From NCBI GenBank assembly GCA_041082215.1, contig JBDOIF010000154.1, positions 1-64,000 of the forward strand: a stretch of 64,000 nucleotides of DNA, given 5' to 3'. This document shows positions 38,800-49,080 of this stretch, one piece after another. The notes under the pieces are model-generated. The model was given only the letters and a program-made list of their open reading frames with translations. It was not told the origin of the DNA and searched no databases. The stretch comes from Anaerolineae bacterium (GTDB lineage: Bacteria; Chloroflexota; Anaerolineae; B4-G1; DUEL01). Each line of letters opens with the position of its first letter. Position 1 is the first letter of the stretch. Both the position numbers and the translations under genes were made by a program.

Positions 38800-39156
38800 A
38801 TGAGGAAACAGGTTGAACCGAAGGGACGGATCGAGGTCTCCCCAACGGCGATCGCGAACATCGCCCACGAAGCGGTGTTGTCCTCCTACGGTATTGTCGG
38901 GACGGTGCCGAAGAACCTGGCGACGGGGATCGCCGACGTCCTCTCCCCGGGAAGCCACCGGGGGGTCGTGGTGCGGGTGCGGAACGGAGAGATCATCATT
39001 GACCTGTACGTCATCGTCGAATACGGCACCCGCATCACCTCCGTTGCCCGCAGCGTGATGAACGTTGTCAAATACCGTGTGGAGAAAGCCCTTGGCGTGC
39101 CGGTCGCGGAGGTCAACGTCCACGTCGAGGGCATCCGCGTTTCTGAGCCTGAGTAG
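38800..39156 (+). CDS. Asp23/Gls24 family protein (YloU-like)
   Basis: YGIVG, IDLYVIVEYG, VNVHVEG; typical position between rpmB and fakA. Confidence 0.9.
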   Translation: MRKQVEPKGRIEVSPTAIANIAHEAVLSSYGIVGTVPKNLATGIADVLSPGSHRGVVVRVRNGEIIIDLYVIVEYGTRITSVARSVMNVVKYRVEKALGVPVAEVNVHVEGIRVSEPE

Positions 39157-39171
39157 GAGTGAAGAGGCCGC

Positions 39172-40806
39172 GTGTCTGATCAAAGAGAACCCCTTTTTAT
39201 TGTCAACGGACAGGACCTGAAACAGATGGTCTGGGCGGGGCTGGCCTGGCTTCGGAACCACCAGGAGGCGATCAACGCCCTCAACGTCTTCCCTGTGCCG
39301 GACGGGGATACCGGCACCAATATGGTGCTGACGATGCAGTCGGCCTGGGATGAGATCGCCAACTCGACCGAGTCCAGCGTGGGCAGGATCGCCCATCTGG
39401 TGGCCCACGGCGCGCTGATGGGCGCCCGTGGCAACTCCGGCGTCATCCTTTCCCAGATCTGGCGGGGGCTGGCCCGCACGCTGGATGAAAAGGAAGTTTT
39501 CACGGCGGCGGACCTGGCGGCTGCGGTCCAGGAGGGAGCCCGCACCGCCTACAAGGGGGTCATCCGTCCGGTGGAGGGCACCATCCTGACGGTGGCCCGC
39601 GAGATGGCGGAGGAGGCGGCCCATGCCGCCACCGAGACGGAGGATCTGATCACGATGATGGAGCGGATGGTCCACCGGGCCCGCGACGCCGTGGCACGGA
39701 CGCCAAGCCTGCTGCCCGTCCTGGCCGAGGCGGGCGTCGTTGACGCCGGTGGGGAGGGGCTGTACGTCATCCTGGAGGGAATGTTGCGGCACCTGAAAGG
39801 CGAACGGATAGCGGAGGAGATGCGGCTGGGCCGGGAGACCGGGGTGGCTGCCGCCCCGGTCGGGCCAGCGGAAGGATACGGCTACGACGTCCAGTTCATC
39901 ATCATCGGCCAGGGGCTGGATGTGGAGACGATCCGGCGGGACATTGACGCCATGGGGGAATCCACCCTGGTGGTGGGCGACCCCACCACGGTCAAGGTCC
40001 ACGTCCACGTGCCCGATCCCGGCGTCCCCCTCAGCTATGCCGTCAGGCTGGGCTCGCTGCGGGACGTGGTGGTGGAGGATATGCAGGCGCAGTATCAGGA
40101 GTTTGTCGGCGGGCGAGCACAGGTGGCCGCTGTCGCCCCCTCCCTCCCTGTCGCCGAGATCGGCGTGGTGGCCGTGGTGCCGGGGGACGGGCTGGCCCGT
40201 GTCTTTGAGAGCCTCGGAGCCACAGTGGTCCGCGGCGGACAGACGATGAACCCCAGCACGGAGGAGATCCTCCGGGCAGTGGAGGGGCTGCCCAGCCAGC
40301 GGGCCATCATCCTCCCCAATAACAAGAACATTATCCTCGCTGCCGAACAGGCCCGCGACCTGAGCAAGAAGGAAGTGGTCGTCGTGCCTACCCACACCGT
40401 CCCCCAGGGAGTGGCCGCCCTCCTGGCCCTGAACTACCAGGCCGACCTGGAAGAGAACGCCCAGGAGATGCTGGAAGCCGCCCAGGAGGTGGAGACCGGC
40501 GAGGTGACCACCGCCACACGGGATGCAACGATCAACGGAGTGACGGTCCGTAGGGGGCAGGTGATCGGCCTTCACAACGGGACGCTGGCGGTGGGTGGGG
40601 ATTCCCTGGAGGAGGTCGTCGAGGCCCTGCTGGAACGGATGGGGGTGGAGGAACTGGAGATCGTTACCCTCTATTACGGCGCCGATGTCTCCCGCAACGA
40701 AGCCGAGGCCCTGATTGCCCGGCTGAGGGAGAGGTTCCCGGAACAGGAGTTCGAGGCCATCGAGGGAGGGCAGCCTCACTACTTCTGCATCATCTCGGCA
40801 GAATGA
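39172..40806 (+). CDS. fakA: DAK2-domain fatty acid kinase subunit A
   Basis: LNVFPVPDGDTGTNM, GARGNSGVI, VVDAGG, GGQTMNPST, GGQPHY. Confidence 0.92.
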   Translation: MSDQREPLFIVNGQDLKQMVWAGLAWLRNHQEAINALNVFPVPDGDTGTNMVLTMQSAWDEIANSTESSVGRIAHLVAHGALMGARGNSGVILSQIWRGLARTLDEKEVFTAADLAAAVQEGARTAYKGVIRPVEGTILTVAREMAEEAAHAATETEDLITMMERMVHRARDAVARTPSLLPVLAEAGVVDAGGEGLYVILEGMLRHLKGERIAEEMRLGRETGVAAAPVGPAEGYGYDVQFIIIGQGLDVETIRRDIDAMGESTLVVGDPTTVKVHVHVPDPGVPLSYAVRLGSLRDVVVEDMQAQYQEFVGGRAQVAAVAPSLPVAEIGVVAVVPGDGLARVFESLGATVVRGGQTMNPSTEEILRAVEGLPSQRAIILPNNKNIILAAEQARDLSKKEVVVVPTHTVPQGVAALLALNYQADLEENAQEMLEAAQEVETGEVTTATRDATINGVTVRRGQVIGLHNGTLAVGGDSLEEVVEALLERMGVEELEIVTLYYGADVSRNEAEALIARLRERFPEQEFEAIEGGQPHYFCIISAE

Positions 40807-40851
40807 AGGCCCGCCATTCAGCGTCGTTCACCCGCATAGAGAGGAGGTGCA

Positions 40852-41724
40852 GTGTCTCGAGTACACATCGTCACCGACGGCGATGCCTCTCTCGATCCTG
40901 AGCTTGTGCGCAGGCTGGAGATCACCGTCCTCCCTCTCGCCGTGCGGTTAGAAGGGGAGACCTACAAGGACGAGAGAGGGGAACGGAACGAGGAGGTGCT
41001 CGCCCGTATGGTTCAGGGGCGGTCCCGGCCAGTCGTTGTCGGGCCGACGGTGGCCGACTTCCGGCGGGTCTATCAGCAACTGACTCGTACCACCGACCGC
41101 ATCCTGTCCATCCACTCCTCCGGCCCGCTCAGCCCCATCGTCCGCAACGCCCGCGCTGCCGCTGAGGCTTTCCTGGGCCGGTGTGACATCAAGGTGATGG
41201 ATTCCCAGACCACCTCGCTGGGGCTGGGGATCCTGGCGCGAGAAGCGGCGAAGATGGCCCACGCCGGGTACGACCTGGGGGAGATCGTCCGCCACGTGAG
41301 GGGGATGATCCGGCGCATCTATGTGGTGATGTTCACCGACTCGCTGGACTACCTGGAGCGAAGCGGCCACATCAGCAGGTCCCAGTGCATCCTGGGAACG
41401 ATGCTGGGGATCAAACCCTTCCTGTCCATCGAGGATGGGGAGATCATCCCTATGGAAAAGGTGCGCAGTCGGGAAAGGGGGCTGGACAAGCTGGCCGAGT
41501 TCGCCGGTGAGTTTACCTCTGTCGAGGAGATGGCGATCCTCCAGAGCACCTCCTACCCAACCGATGAAACACTGCTGTTACGGGAGCGGCTCAGCGCTTT
41601 CTTCCCCGATAAGGAGTTCCCTATCCTGGTCTATGGACCGCTGCTGGCCTCCCACGTCGGCCCCGACGGTCTGGGGCTGGTGACCTACGAGGGAGTCGAG
41701 CGGCTCGGACCCTTTCACTTCTGA
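40852..41724 (+). CDS. DegV/FakB fatty-acid-binding protein
   Basis: IVTD, DSQTTSLGLG, LDYL.RSG.I, IKP, HVGP. Confidence 0.9.
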   Translation: MSRVHIVTDGDASLDPELVRRLEITVLPLAVRLEGETYKDERGERNEEVLARMVQGRSRPVVVGPTVADFRRVYQQLTRTTDRILSIHSSGPLSPIVRNARAAAEAFLGRCDIKVMDSQTTSLGLGILAREAAKMAHAGYDLGEIVRHVRGMIRRIYVVMFTDSLDYLERSGHISRSQCILGTMLGIKPFLSIEDGEIIPMEKVRSRERGLDKLAEFAGEFTSVEEMAILQSTSYPTDETLLLRERLSAFFPDKEFPILVYGPLLASHVGPDGLGLVTYEGVERLGPFHF

Positions 41725-42560
41725 TGGGACGCATACGGATTCTGACCGACAGCACGGCCGATATACCCGCCGATCTGGCCCGGCGATTGGAGATCACCGT
41801 TGTGCCTGCCTACGTGCAGATGGAGGGACAGAGCCTGCGGGACGGGGAGCAGATCACCCGTGCCGAGTTCTACCGGCGGCTTCCTCACCTTGCGGCGATT
41901 CCCACAACCTCCGTTCCCCCGGCCCAGGAGTTTGCCGCTGCCTTCCGCAGTCTGGTGGGACGGGCCAGCGAGGTTATCGCCATCCTGATCTCCACCACCC
42001 TCAGCGGCATGCTGAACGCCGCCCGATTGGGAAGCGAGGAGGTGCCGGAGCTGAAGGTCCATCTGGTGGATTCAAGGCAGTTGATGATGGGGCTGGGATG
42101 GCAGGTGATCGCCGCCGCCGAGGCGGCCGCCGGGGGAAGGTCGGCGGAAGAGATCCTCGCCCTTGTCCACGGGATGCAGCCGCGTATCCGCATCCTGGGG
42201 GTGCTGGATACCCTGGAGTACCTCCATCGCAGCGGCCGGGTAGCCTGGGCGCGGGCGATGGCGGCCCGGCTCCTGCGGATCAAGCCGCTCATCGAGTTCA
42301 GGCAGGGGGAGGCCTTCCTGGTCGGAAGGGCCCGAACCCGCCGCAAGGCTATCGAGCGGCTGGTTGAGATGATCGCCGGGCTGGGCCGGCTGGAACGGCT
42401 GGCGGTGATCCACACCGCTGCCACCGACGTCGCTCCGTTCCTGTCCCGGCTGGGCGCTTTCTTCCCCCCCGAACAGACCGTCATCAGCGAGATTGGACCG
42501 GTAGTGGGCACCCACCTCGGTCCCGGCGCGTTGGGCATCGCCGCCGTCACTGCAGCCTGA
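41724..42560 (+). CDS. DegV/FakB fatty-acid-binding protein (second paralog)
   Basis: ILTDSTAD, TTS.P, LSG, LEYL.RSGR, IKP, THLGPG. Confidence 0.9.
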   Translation: MGRIRILTDSTADIPADLARRLEITVVPAYVQMEGQSLRDGEQITRAEFYRRLPHLAAIPTTSVPPAQEFAAAFRSLVGRASEVIAILISTTLSGMLNAARLGSEEVPELKVHLVDSRQLMMGLGWQVIAAAEAAAGGRSAEEILALVHGMQPRIRILGVLDTLEYLHRSGRVAWARAMAARLLRIKPLIEFRQGEAFLVGRARTRRKAIERLVEMIAGLGRLERLAVIHTAATDVAPFLSRLGAFFPPEQTVISEIGPVVGTHLGPGALGIAAVTAA

Positions 42561-42569
42561 GGAGTATGG

Positions 42570-44969
42570 ATGGAATCACCGGTTGAAACGCTGCGTAAGA
42601 TCCTCCTTCTGGAGGCGGAAAAGTGTGAGGACCGGGCCGTCGTCGGCGGGCTGGCCAATTTTGTCAGGACCTGGCTGAGGGAGGCGGAAAGGGGCTTTGG
42701 CCCGGAGGCAGCCGGTTGGGTGCAGGAGATCGCCGACCGGCTGCAGGCCTACAGTGGGCTTTCCACCCCTGGAGAGCGGGCTGCTGCGCTGAAAGAGATA
42801 CTGGGCCTGCTGGAGCGAGGGCCGTCCCCATCTTCCCCGCCCCAGCCTCCCTCCCCCCAGCCGTCCCCCCCGCCCGCCCCCCAACGCCCCACTACTCCTC
42901 CAGTGGAGGAACCGAAGGGATTGGGTGCTCCCATCACCGCGATACAGGGGGTTGGGAAGCGTCAGGCCCAGCGGCTGGCCCGACTGGGGGTCCGCACCAT
43001 CCGTGACCTTCTCTTCCTCTTCCCCCGCCGGTACGACGACTACAGCAGGCTGAAGACCATCAACCGGCTGGAGTACGGGGAGGAGGTCACCATCATCGCC
43101 AAAGTGTGGGACGCCGGTGTGAAACAGAGCAGGAAGGGGGTCTCCGTCTTCAAAGCGGTCCTTTCCGATGGGACCGGTTTCATCGAGGCCACCTGGTTTA
43201 ACCAGCCCTACCTGGCGGAGCGGATCCGGCAGGGGAGTCAGATTGTGGTCAGCGGGAGGGTGGAGGAGTATCTGGGGAGGCCCTGCTTTACCTCCCCCGA
43301 ATGGGAGCCGCCCCAGCAGGAACTGCTGCATACCGGCCGACTGGTGCCGGTCTATCCCCTCACCGAAGGAATCCGCAGCCGCTGGCTGCGCACGGTCATC
43401 AAGCGGACGGTGGATTACTGGGCACCCCGTCTCCCCGACCACCTTCCCCCATCGGTGCGCGAGGCCCACGGCCTGATGGACCTGGGAACCGCCATCCGGC
43501 AGGTCCATTTTCCAGACGATCACGAACGGCTGCAGGCGGCCCGTCGCCGGCTGGCCTTCGACGAGCTGTTCGTCTTTCAGTTGGGCCTCTTCCGTCAGCA
43601 GTATCGCTGGCGGTCAGTGCCGGGGCGTCAGCTCCCCATCAGCGACGAGGCGCTCCAGGCCTTTATCCTCAGCCTCCCCTTTCCGCTCACCGGTGCCCAG
43701 CAGCGGGCTCTGGCCCAGATCGTGGCCGATATGCGCTCCCCCTACCCGATGAACCGGCTCCTGCAGGGGGATGTGGGGTCAGGCAAGACGGTGGTGGCGG
43801 CGACGGCTATGGCCCTGACGGTGGGCACGGGGGCGCAGGCAGCGATGATGGCCCCCACTGAAATCCTGGCCGGTCAGCACTTTGAGACCCTTACCCGGCT
43901 CTTTTCCGCTATGCCGGGCCGCCCGCCCACAGTCCGGCTGCTCACCGGTAGCGTCATCGGCGCGGAACGGGAGGAGATCTACGCCGGCCTGGCCGACGGC
44001 TCGATAGACATCGTTGTTGGAACCCACGCCCTCATTCAGGAGGGGGTGACCTTTCATGACCTGGCGCTGGTGGTGATTGACGAGCAACACCGGTTCGGGG
44101 TGCGGCAACGGGCTGCGCTGCGGCAGAAAGGGTATAATCCCCACCTGCTGGTGATGACGGCCACCCCGATCCCCCGTTCACTTCAACTGACCGTGTGGGG
44201 GCATCTGGACGTGTCCATCATTGATGAGATGCCGCCGGGCCGTCAGCCGGTGGCCACCCGGCTCATCCTTCCCCGGGAGCGGGAGCGGGCCTATGCCTTC
44301 CTCCGCAGTCAGGTGGAAAAGGGCCGCCAGGCTTTTATCATCTGCCCGCTGGTGGAGGAGTCGGAGAAGATCGAGGCGAAAGCAGCGGTGGAGGAATACG
44401 AGCGGCTGCGCCAGCAGATCTTCCCGGGCCTGCGGCTGGGCCTCCTGCATGGGCGGATGAAATCGGAAGAGAAAGAGGCGACGATGGCGGCCTTCGCCCG
44501 GGGGGAGCTGGACATCCTGGTGGCGACGTCAGTGGTGGAGGTGGGAATTGACGTGCCGAACGCGACGGTGATGCTCATCGAGGGGGCAGAGCGGTTCGGT
44601 CTGGCCCAGCTCCATCAGTTCCGTGGCCGGGTCGGTCGGGGGGAGCACCCCTCCTACTGCCTGCTGGTCTCCGAATCCGCCTCGCCGGAGGCGATGGAGC
44701 GGCTGGCAGCCGTCGAGGCGACGACCGACGGTTTTGTGCTGGCCCAGAAGGACCTGGAGCTGCGAGGCCCCGGCGAGTTTCTGGGTACCCGCCAGTCCGG
44801 CTTTCCCGACCTGAAGACGGCCTCGCTGACCGACCTGCGGCTGCTGGAGGAGGTGCGCGAGGCCGCCCGTCGTTTCTTCGAAAGCGATCCGGAGCTGAGC
44901 CGCCCGGAGCATCGGCTGCTGGCCCGCCGGGTGGCGGATATGTGGAAAGGAGAAGGGGAGGTCAGCTAA
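42570..44969 (+). CDS. recG: ATP-dependent DNA helicase RecG
   Basis: QGDVGSGKT, DEQHRFG, TATPIPR, LHQFRGRVGR, RGPGE..GTRQSG. Confidence 0.96.
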   Translation: MESPVETLRKILLLEAEKCEDRAVVGGLANFVRTWLREAERGFGPEAAGWVQEIADRLQAYSGLSTPGERAAALKEILGLLERGPSPSSPPQPPSPQPSPPPAPQRPTTPPVEEPKGLGAPITAIQGVGKRQAQRLARLGVRTIRDLLFLFPRRYDDYSRLKTINRLEYGEEVTIIAKVWDAGVKQSRKGVSVFKAVLSDGTGFIEATWFNQPYLAERIRQGSQIVVSGRVEEYLGRPCFTSPEWEPPQQELLHTGRLVPVYPLTEGIRSRWLRTVIKRTVDYWAPRLPDHLPPSVREAHGLMDLGTAIRQVHFPDDHERLQAARRRLAFDELFVFQLGLFRQQYRWRSVPGRQLPISDEALQAFILSLPFPLTGAQQRALAQIVADMRSPYPMNRLLQGDVGSGKTVVAATAMALTVGTGAQAAMMAPTEILAGQHFETLTRLFSAMPGRPPTVRLLTGSVIGAEREEIYAGLADGSIDIVVGTHALIQEGVTFHDLALVVIDEQHRFGVRQRAALRQKGYNPHLLVMTATPIPRSLQLTVWGHLDVSIIDEMPPGRQPVATRLILPRERERAYAFLRSQVEKGRQAFIICPLVEESEKIEAKAAVEEYERLRQQIFPGLRLGLLHGRMKSEEKEATMAAFARGELDILVATSVVEVGIDVPNATVMLIEGAERFGLAQLHQFRGRVGRGEHPSYCLLVSESASPEAMERLAAVEATTDGFVLAQKDLELRGPGEFLGTRQSGFPDLKTASLTDLRLLEEVREAARRFFESDPELSRPEHRLLARRVADMWKGEGEVS

Positions 44970-45493
44970 TGCGCCGCGCCATTTATCCCGGCACCTTCGA
45001 TCCCATTCACCTGGGGCATATGGATATCGCCAGCCGTTCCGCCTCGATCTTCGATGAGCTGATCGTGGCCGTCTACGACCGCCCGGCCAAGAACCTGCTC
45101 TTCACCGCCGAGGAGCGGGTCGCCCTGGCCCGCGCGGCGCTGCAGGGGCTGCCCAACATTCGGGTGATGGCCTATAATGGATTGACCGTCGCCTTCGCCC
45201 ACCAGGTAGGCGCCCAGGCCATCGTCCGTGGCCTGCGGGTGATCAGCGACTTCGAGTGGGAATACCAGATGGCCCTCACCAACCGACAACTGGCTCCGGA
45301 GATCGAATTTGTCTGCCTGATGACCCGCCAGGAATACGCCTTCCTGAGTTCGAGCATCCTCAAGGAGGTGGCCCTGCTGGGAGGGGACGTGAGCCAGATG
45401 GCCCCACCCAATGTGATCGCCGCCCTGGAGGAGAAGAGAAAAGAGCTGGAGCAAAACCACGGGCCGGTCCCCCTGGTCTCCCTGCGGGACTAG
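44969..45493 (+). CDS. coaD: Phosphopantetheine adenylyltransferase
   Basis: YPGTFDPIHLGH, RGLR..SDFEWE, SSS..KE; start at ATG 44969 (TAATG overlap with recG). Confidence 0.95.
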   Translation: MRRAIYPGTFDPIHLGHMDIASRSASIFDELIVAVYDRPAKNLLFTAEERVALARAALQGLPNIRVMAYNGLTVAFAHQVGAQAIVRGLRVISDFEWEYQMALTNRQLAPEIEFVCLMTRQEYAFLSSSILKEVALLGGDVSQMAPPNVIAALEEKRKELEQNHGPVPLVSLRD

Positions 45494-45529
45494 GAGGCTC
45501 GCCCCATCAAGTGCTGCTGGAGGCTGGCG

Positions 45530-46015
45530 ATGGACATCCTGCACCTGGTGGACCGCCTAGAGGAATTGGTCAAAAAGAGTCCGCGTGTACCGTTCAGCCC
45601 GGTCCGCCTGGTAGATGAACGCCGGGTGTGGCCGCTGATAGACCAGATGCGCATCTCCATCCCCGACGAGGTGCGCCGGGCCCAACGGACCCATCAGGAG
45701 CGGGATCGCATTCTGGCCCAGGCGCGGGAGGAGGCGGAGCGGCTGGTACGGCGGGCTGAAGCGCGGGCGGAGGAGCTGACCGCCGAACACGCCATCGCCC
45801 AGGCCGCTGAAGCCCGCGCCGCCTCCATCCGGGAAAAGGCGGAACGGGAGGCAGCCGCCCTCCGCGCCGAGGCCGATGAGTACGTCTTCAACGCGCTCTG
45901 CCAACTGGAGGAGGAGCTGCGGCGGACCCTCCGGGTGGTGGAGAACGGCCTGCGGAAAATCCAGATGGAGCGGGAGAGCCTGAGGGAAGAGACAGAGACT
46001 TCCTTGACAGGTTGA
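45530..46015 (+). CDS. Conserved coiled-coil protein (DivIVA/ATPase subunit-like), typical downstream of coaD
   Basis: MDIL.LVDRLEEL, Ala/Glu/Arg-rich helix, ADEY. Confidence 0.8.
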   Translation: MDILHLVDRLEELVKKSPRVPFSPVRLVDERRVWPLIDQMRISIPDEVRRAQRTHQERDRILAQAREEAERLVRRAEARAEELTAEHAIAQAAEARAASIREKAEREAAALRAEADEYVFNALCQLEEELRRTLRVVENGLRKIQMERESLREETETSLTG

Positions 46016-46032
46016 CCGCTTGCCCCTATAAT
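46004..46032 (+). promoter_or_regulatory. Consensus sigma70 promoter of the rpmF-fabD-fabG operon
   Basis: TTGACA-17 nt-TATAAT. Confidence 0.8.
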
Positions 46033-46244
46033 AACGCTTCGCCTGCTTTGCAAGGCGCAGCCGCCGGGCCACAGGCTGACAACCTGTGCTACGGGCAGTG
46101 GATTTTGTTCCTACCCCTGCCCGAGAGGGGGTGCCCGTCGCAGACGGGCGGAGATGGGATGAGGGCCGGGCAGATGGCGGTATGCTTTATGGTGCCTGCG
46201 AGGGCAGGTGAAACTGTGGTGAGATCTGAGGAGGAAGTTATCCT

Positions 46245-46436
46245 ATGGGTGCTGTTCCTAAGCGAAAGCTCTCTCGTGGCCGACGAGACCGCCGGCGCAG
46301 CCATTATGCGCTGACGCTGCCCCACCTGGTGCTCTGCCCCCAGTGCAGGGAGCCCGTGCTCCCCCATCGGGCGTGCCCCAGTTGTGGCACCTATCGGGGC
46401 CTGGAGGTGTTAAATATAAAAGAGAAAGAGAAATAA
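46245..46436 (+). CDS. rpmF: 50S ribosomal protein L32
   Basis: AVPKRKLS..RRDRRRSH, CPQC...PHRACPSCGTY. Confidence 0.96.
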   Translation: MGAVPKRKLSRGRRDRRRSHYALTLPHLVLCPQCREPVLPHRACPSCGTYRGLEVLNIKEKEK

Positions 46437-46455
46437 GGGAGAGGCCGGAGTTCCT

Positions 46456-47385
46456 GTGGCTGTATCCTCGCTGGCCCTTCAGTTCCCCGGGCAGGGGTCG
46501 CAAGAGGTGGGAATGGGGGAAAAGCTCTGCAGGCTTTTCCCCGTCGCTGCTGCTGTCTTTGCCCAGGCGGATAGAGTCCTGGGGTTTCCCCTCTCCCGGC
46601 TCTGCTTCGAAGGGCCAGCGGAAGAGCTGAACGACACCCTCAACACCCAGCCGGCGGTTCTGACGGTTAGCATAGCTGCTCTGCGGGCGATGGAGAGCAG
46701 GCTGGGTAAGCCTGCCTTTGTGGCTGGCCACAGCCTGGGGGAGTTCAGTGCCCTGGTCGCCGCCGGTGCGCTGGCCTTCGAGGAGGCGCTGTGGCTGGTG
46801 CGGGAGCGGGGCCGACTGATGAAGGAGGCCAGTCAGGTCGCCCCTGGGGGGATGATCGCTGTCCTGGGGCTGGAGAGCGTACAGGTGGAAGAAATCTGCG
46901 CCCGGGTTCGCGCAGCCTCCGGCAGGCATATCGGCATCGCCAACGATAACTGCCCTGGGCAGGTGGTCGTCTCCGGCGACGAGGAGGCTCTCCAGTTGGG
47001 GGCGGAGGAGCTGAAAGTGGCGGGCGCCCGGAAGGTGGTCCGGCTGGCGGTCAGCATCGCTGCCCACTCCCCGCTGATGGCGGAGGCGGCCGCTGCCTTC
47101 CGACGGGTGCTGGATAAAGCCACCATTCTCCCTCCTCGCATTCCATTCGTCGCCAACGCCACCGCCCGTCCGGTCTCCGAGCCGGACGAGATCCGGGAGC
47201 TCCTCAGCCGCCAGCTCACCTCCCCCGTCCGCTGGACCGAGTCGGTCCGCTGGATGATCCGTCGGGGAGCCCGCCGCTTTGTCGAAGTGGGACCTGGCAG
47301 GGTCCTTACCGGCCTTCTGCGGCATATCGCCCAGGAGGTGGAGGGGTGGACCACCGTCCAGGTTCTGGACAGGTGTGAAGAGTAG
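46456..47385 (+). CDS. fabD: Malonyl-CoA:ACP transacylase
   Basis: FPGQGSQ, GHSLGE, HSPLM, QL.SPVRW. Confidence 0.95.
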   Translation: MAVSSLALQFPGQGSQEVGMGEKLCRLFPVAAAVFAQADRVLGFPLSRLCFEGPAEELNDTLNTQPAVLTVSIAALRAMESRLGKPAFVAGHSLGEFSALVAAGALAFEEALWLVRERGRLMKEASQVAPGGMIAVLGLESVQVEEICARVRAASGRHIGIANDNCPGQVVVSGDEEALQLGAEELKVAGARKVVRLAVSIAAHSPLMAEAAAAFRRVLDKATILPPRIPFVANATARPVSEPDEIRELLSRQLTSPVRWTESVRWMIRRGARRFVEVGPGRVLTGLLRHIAQEVEGWTTVQVLDRCEE

Positions 47386-47393
47386 GAGGCATT

Positions 47394-48149
47394 GTGATCA
47401 GGCCTCTGGAAGGGAAGGTCGCTGTTGTCACCGGGGCCTCGCGGGGCATCGGACGGGCTATCGCTGAGGAGCTGGCCCGCCGCGGGGCGCGGGTGGTGGT
47501 CAACTACAACCAAAACGAGGAGGCCGCTGCGGGGGTGGTCGCCTCCATCCAGGCGGAAGGGGGTGAGGCTATCGCCGTGCAGGCCGACGTCTCCGACTCC
47601 ACCCAGGCCCAGGCCCTGATCCAGGCCACCCTGGAAAGCTACGGACGAATTGACATCCTGGTCAACAACGCCGGAGTGACCCGCGATCAGGTGATCCTGC
47701 TGATGAAAGAAGAGGACTGGGATACGGTGATCCGGGTGGACCTGAAAAGCCTCTTCAACACCAGCAAGGCGGCCGCACGCCCGATGATCCGTCAGCGGTA
47801 TGGCCGCATTATCAACATCTCTTCCGTGGTCGGCATCGCCGGGCAGGGCGGGCAGACCAACTACGCGGCGGCCAAAGCCGGTGTGATCGGCTTCACCAAG
47901 AGCCTGGCCAAAGAGCTGGGGCCACGGGGGATCACTGTCAACGCCGTCGCTCCCGGCCTGATCCCCACCGACCTCACAGCCGACCTGCCCCAGGAGCTGG
48001 TCCAGAAGGCGCTCGACCTGACGCCGCTGGGGCGGATGGGCCGTCCCGAGGAGATCGCCTACGCCGTGGCCTTCCTGGCATCCGACGAGGCCAGCTTTAT
48101 CACCGGCGTGGTCCTGCCAGTGGACGGCGGCCTGGTGATGTCCGGGTAA
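47394..48149 (+). CDS. fabG: 3-oxoacyl-ACP reductase
   Basis: TGASRGIG, NNAG.TRD, YAAAK. Confidence 0.93.
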   Translation: MIRPLEGKVAVVTGASRGIGRAIAEELARRGARVVVNYNQNEEAAAGVVASIQAEGGEAIAVQADVSDSTQAQALIQATLESYGRIDILVNNAGVTRDQVILLMKEEDWDTVIRVDLKSLFNTSKAAARPMIRQRYGRIINISSVVGIAGQGGQTNYAAAKAGVIGFTKSLAKELGPRGITVNAVAPGLIPTDLTADLPQELVQKALDLTPLGRMGRPEEIAYAVAFLASDEASFITGVVLPVDGGLVMSG

Positions 48150-48172
48150 GGATAGAGATAAGGGGCAGAGCT

Positions 48173-48517
48173 ATGGAAGAAGGGCCGACAATCGGTAAGG
48201 TCACGGTTGCACCCGGCGTGCTGGAGACCATCGCCCGGCTGACGACGCTGGCGGTGCCCGGCGTGGTGCGGATGACCCCTCCGCTCGGCCTTCAGCGGCT
48301 GCTGGGGCTGGAGGACGGGGTCGAGCTGGTGATTGATGAAAAAGAGGGTACGGTACAGGTAGACCTGTACATCGTGGCCGAGTCGGGGCGGAATATGCTG
48401 AACCTGGGCCGCCAGATTCAGGCGGAGGTGACCCGGGCGATTCAGGAGATCGTGGGGCTGAGGGTCGAGGCGGTAAACGTCCACATCGAGGATGTCGCCC
48501 CAACCATAACAGGTTAA
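48173..48517 (+). CDS. Asp23/Gls24 family protein (YqhY-like)
   Basis: G.V.VA..VL..IA, VDLYI, VNVHIEDV; upstream of nusB. Confidence 0.88.
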   Translation: MEEGPTIGKVTVAPGVLETIARLTTLAVPGVVRMTPPLGLQRLLGLEDGVELVIDEKEGTVQVDLYIVAESGRNMLNLGRQIQAEVTRAIQEIVGLRVEAVNVHIEDVAPTITG

Positions 48518-48525
48518 AGGGAACT

Positions 48526-48975
48526 GTGAAGGCTCGTCGTCGCGCCCGAGCCATTGTCCTTCAGGCTCTTTACGAGATAGACTGCACGGAGCATCCCCCA
48601 GGGCTGGTGCTCCAACAGCGACTGGAGGAAAGCCCGCTCCCCGAGCAGGCGGCCAGTTTCGCTCGCCAGTTGCTCTTCGGCGTTCTCCAGTACCAGGAGA
48701 TCCTCGACCCCTTCATCCAGCAGTACGCTCCGGAATGGCCGCTGGAACAGATGGCATCCATTGACCGAAACATCCTCCGTATCGCCCTCTACGAGTTCGC
48801 AGTGGACGGGGGGACGCCGATCAAGGTGGCTATCAACGAGGCGGTGGAGCTGGCCAAAATCTTCGGCTCAGATAGCAGCTCCCGGTTTGTCAACGGGGTG
48901 CTTGGGGCGCTCGTGCCCCTCAAGGGAGAGATCGCCCGTCGCGCACGGGCGGCCTCTCCATCGGAAAAACTGTAG
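48526..48975 (+). CDS. nusB: Transcription antitermination factor NusB
   Basis: RRRAR...LQALYE, DRNILR, INEAVELAK.FG, FVNGVLG. Confidence 0.96.
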   Translation: MKARRRARAIVLQALYEIDCTEHPPGLVLQQRLEESPLPEQAASFARQLLFGVLQYQEILDPFIQQYAPEWPLEQMASIDRNILRIALYEFAVDGGTPIKVAINEAVELAKIFGSDSSSRFVNGVLGALVPLKGEIARRARAASPSEKL

Positions 48976-48984
48976 GTCGCCAAC

Positions 48985-49019
48985 CTGCTGGCCCCCCGAA
49001 AAGGGGCCAGCAGCTTCTT
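48985..49019 (+). terminator. Hairpin after nusB
   Basis: CTGCTGGCCCC..GGGGCCAGCAG followed by CTTCTT. Confidence 0.5.
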
Positions 49020-49080
49020 GCCCCCCCCAACAGGAGGCTCGGCGGGGGAGCGGATAACCCAGCAGACAGGAGAAGAGCAT

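Noticed and set aside
42830..42905. C-rich low-complexity tract in recG
   Set aside because: Encodes an ordinary Pro/Ser linker between the N-terminal extension and the core.
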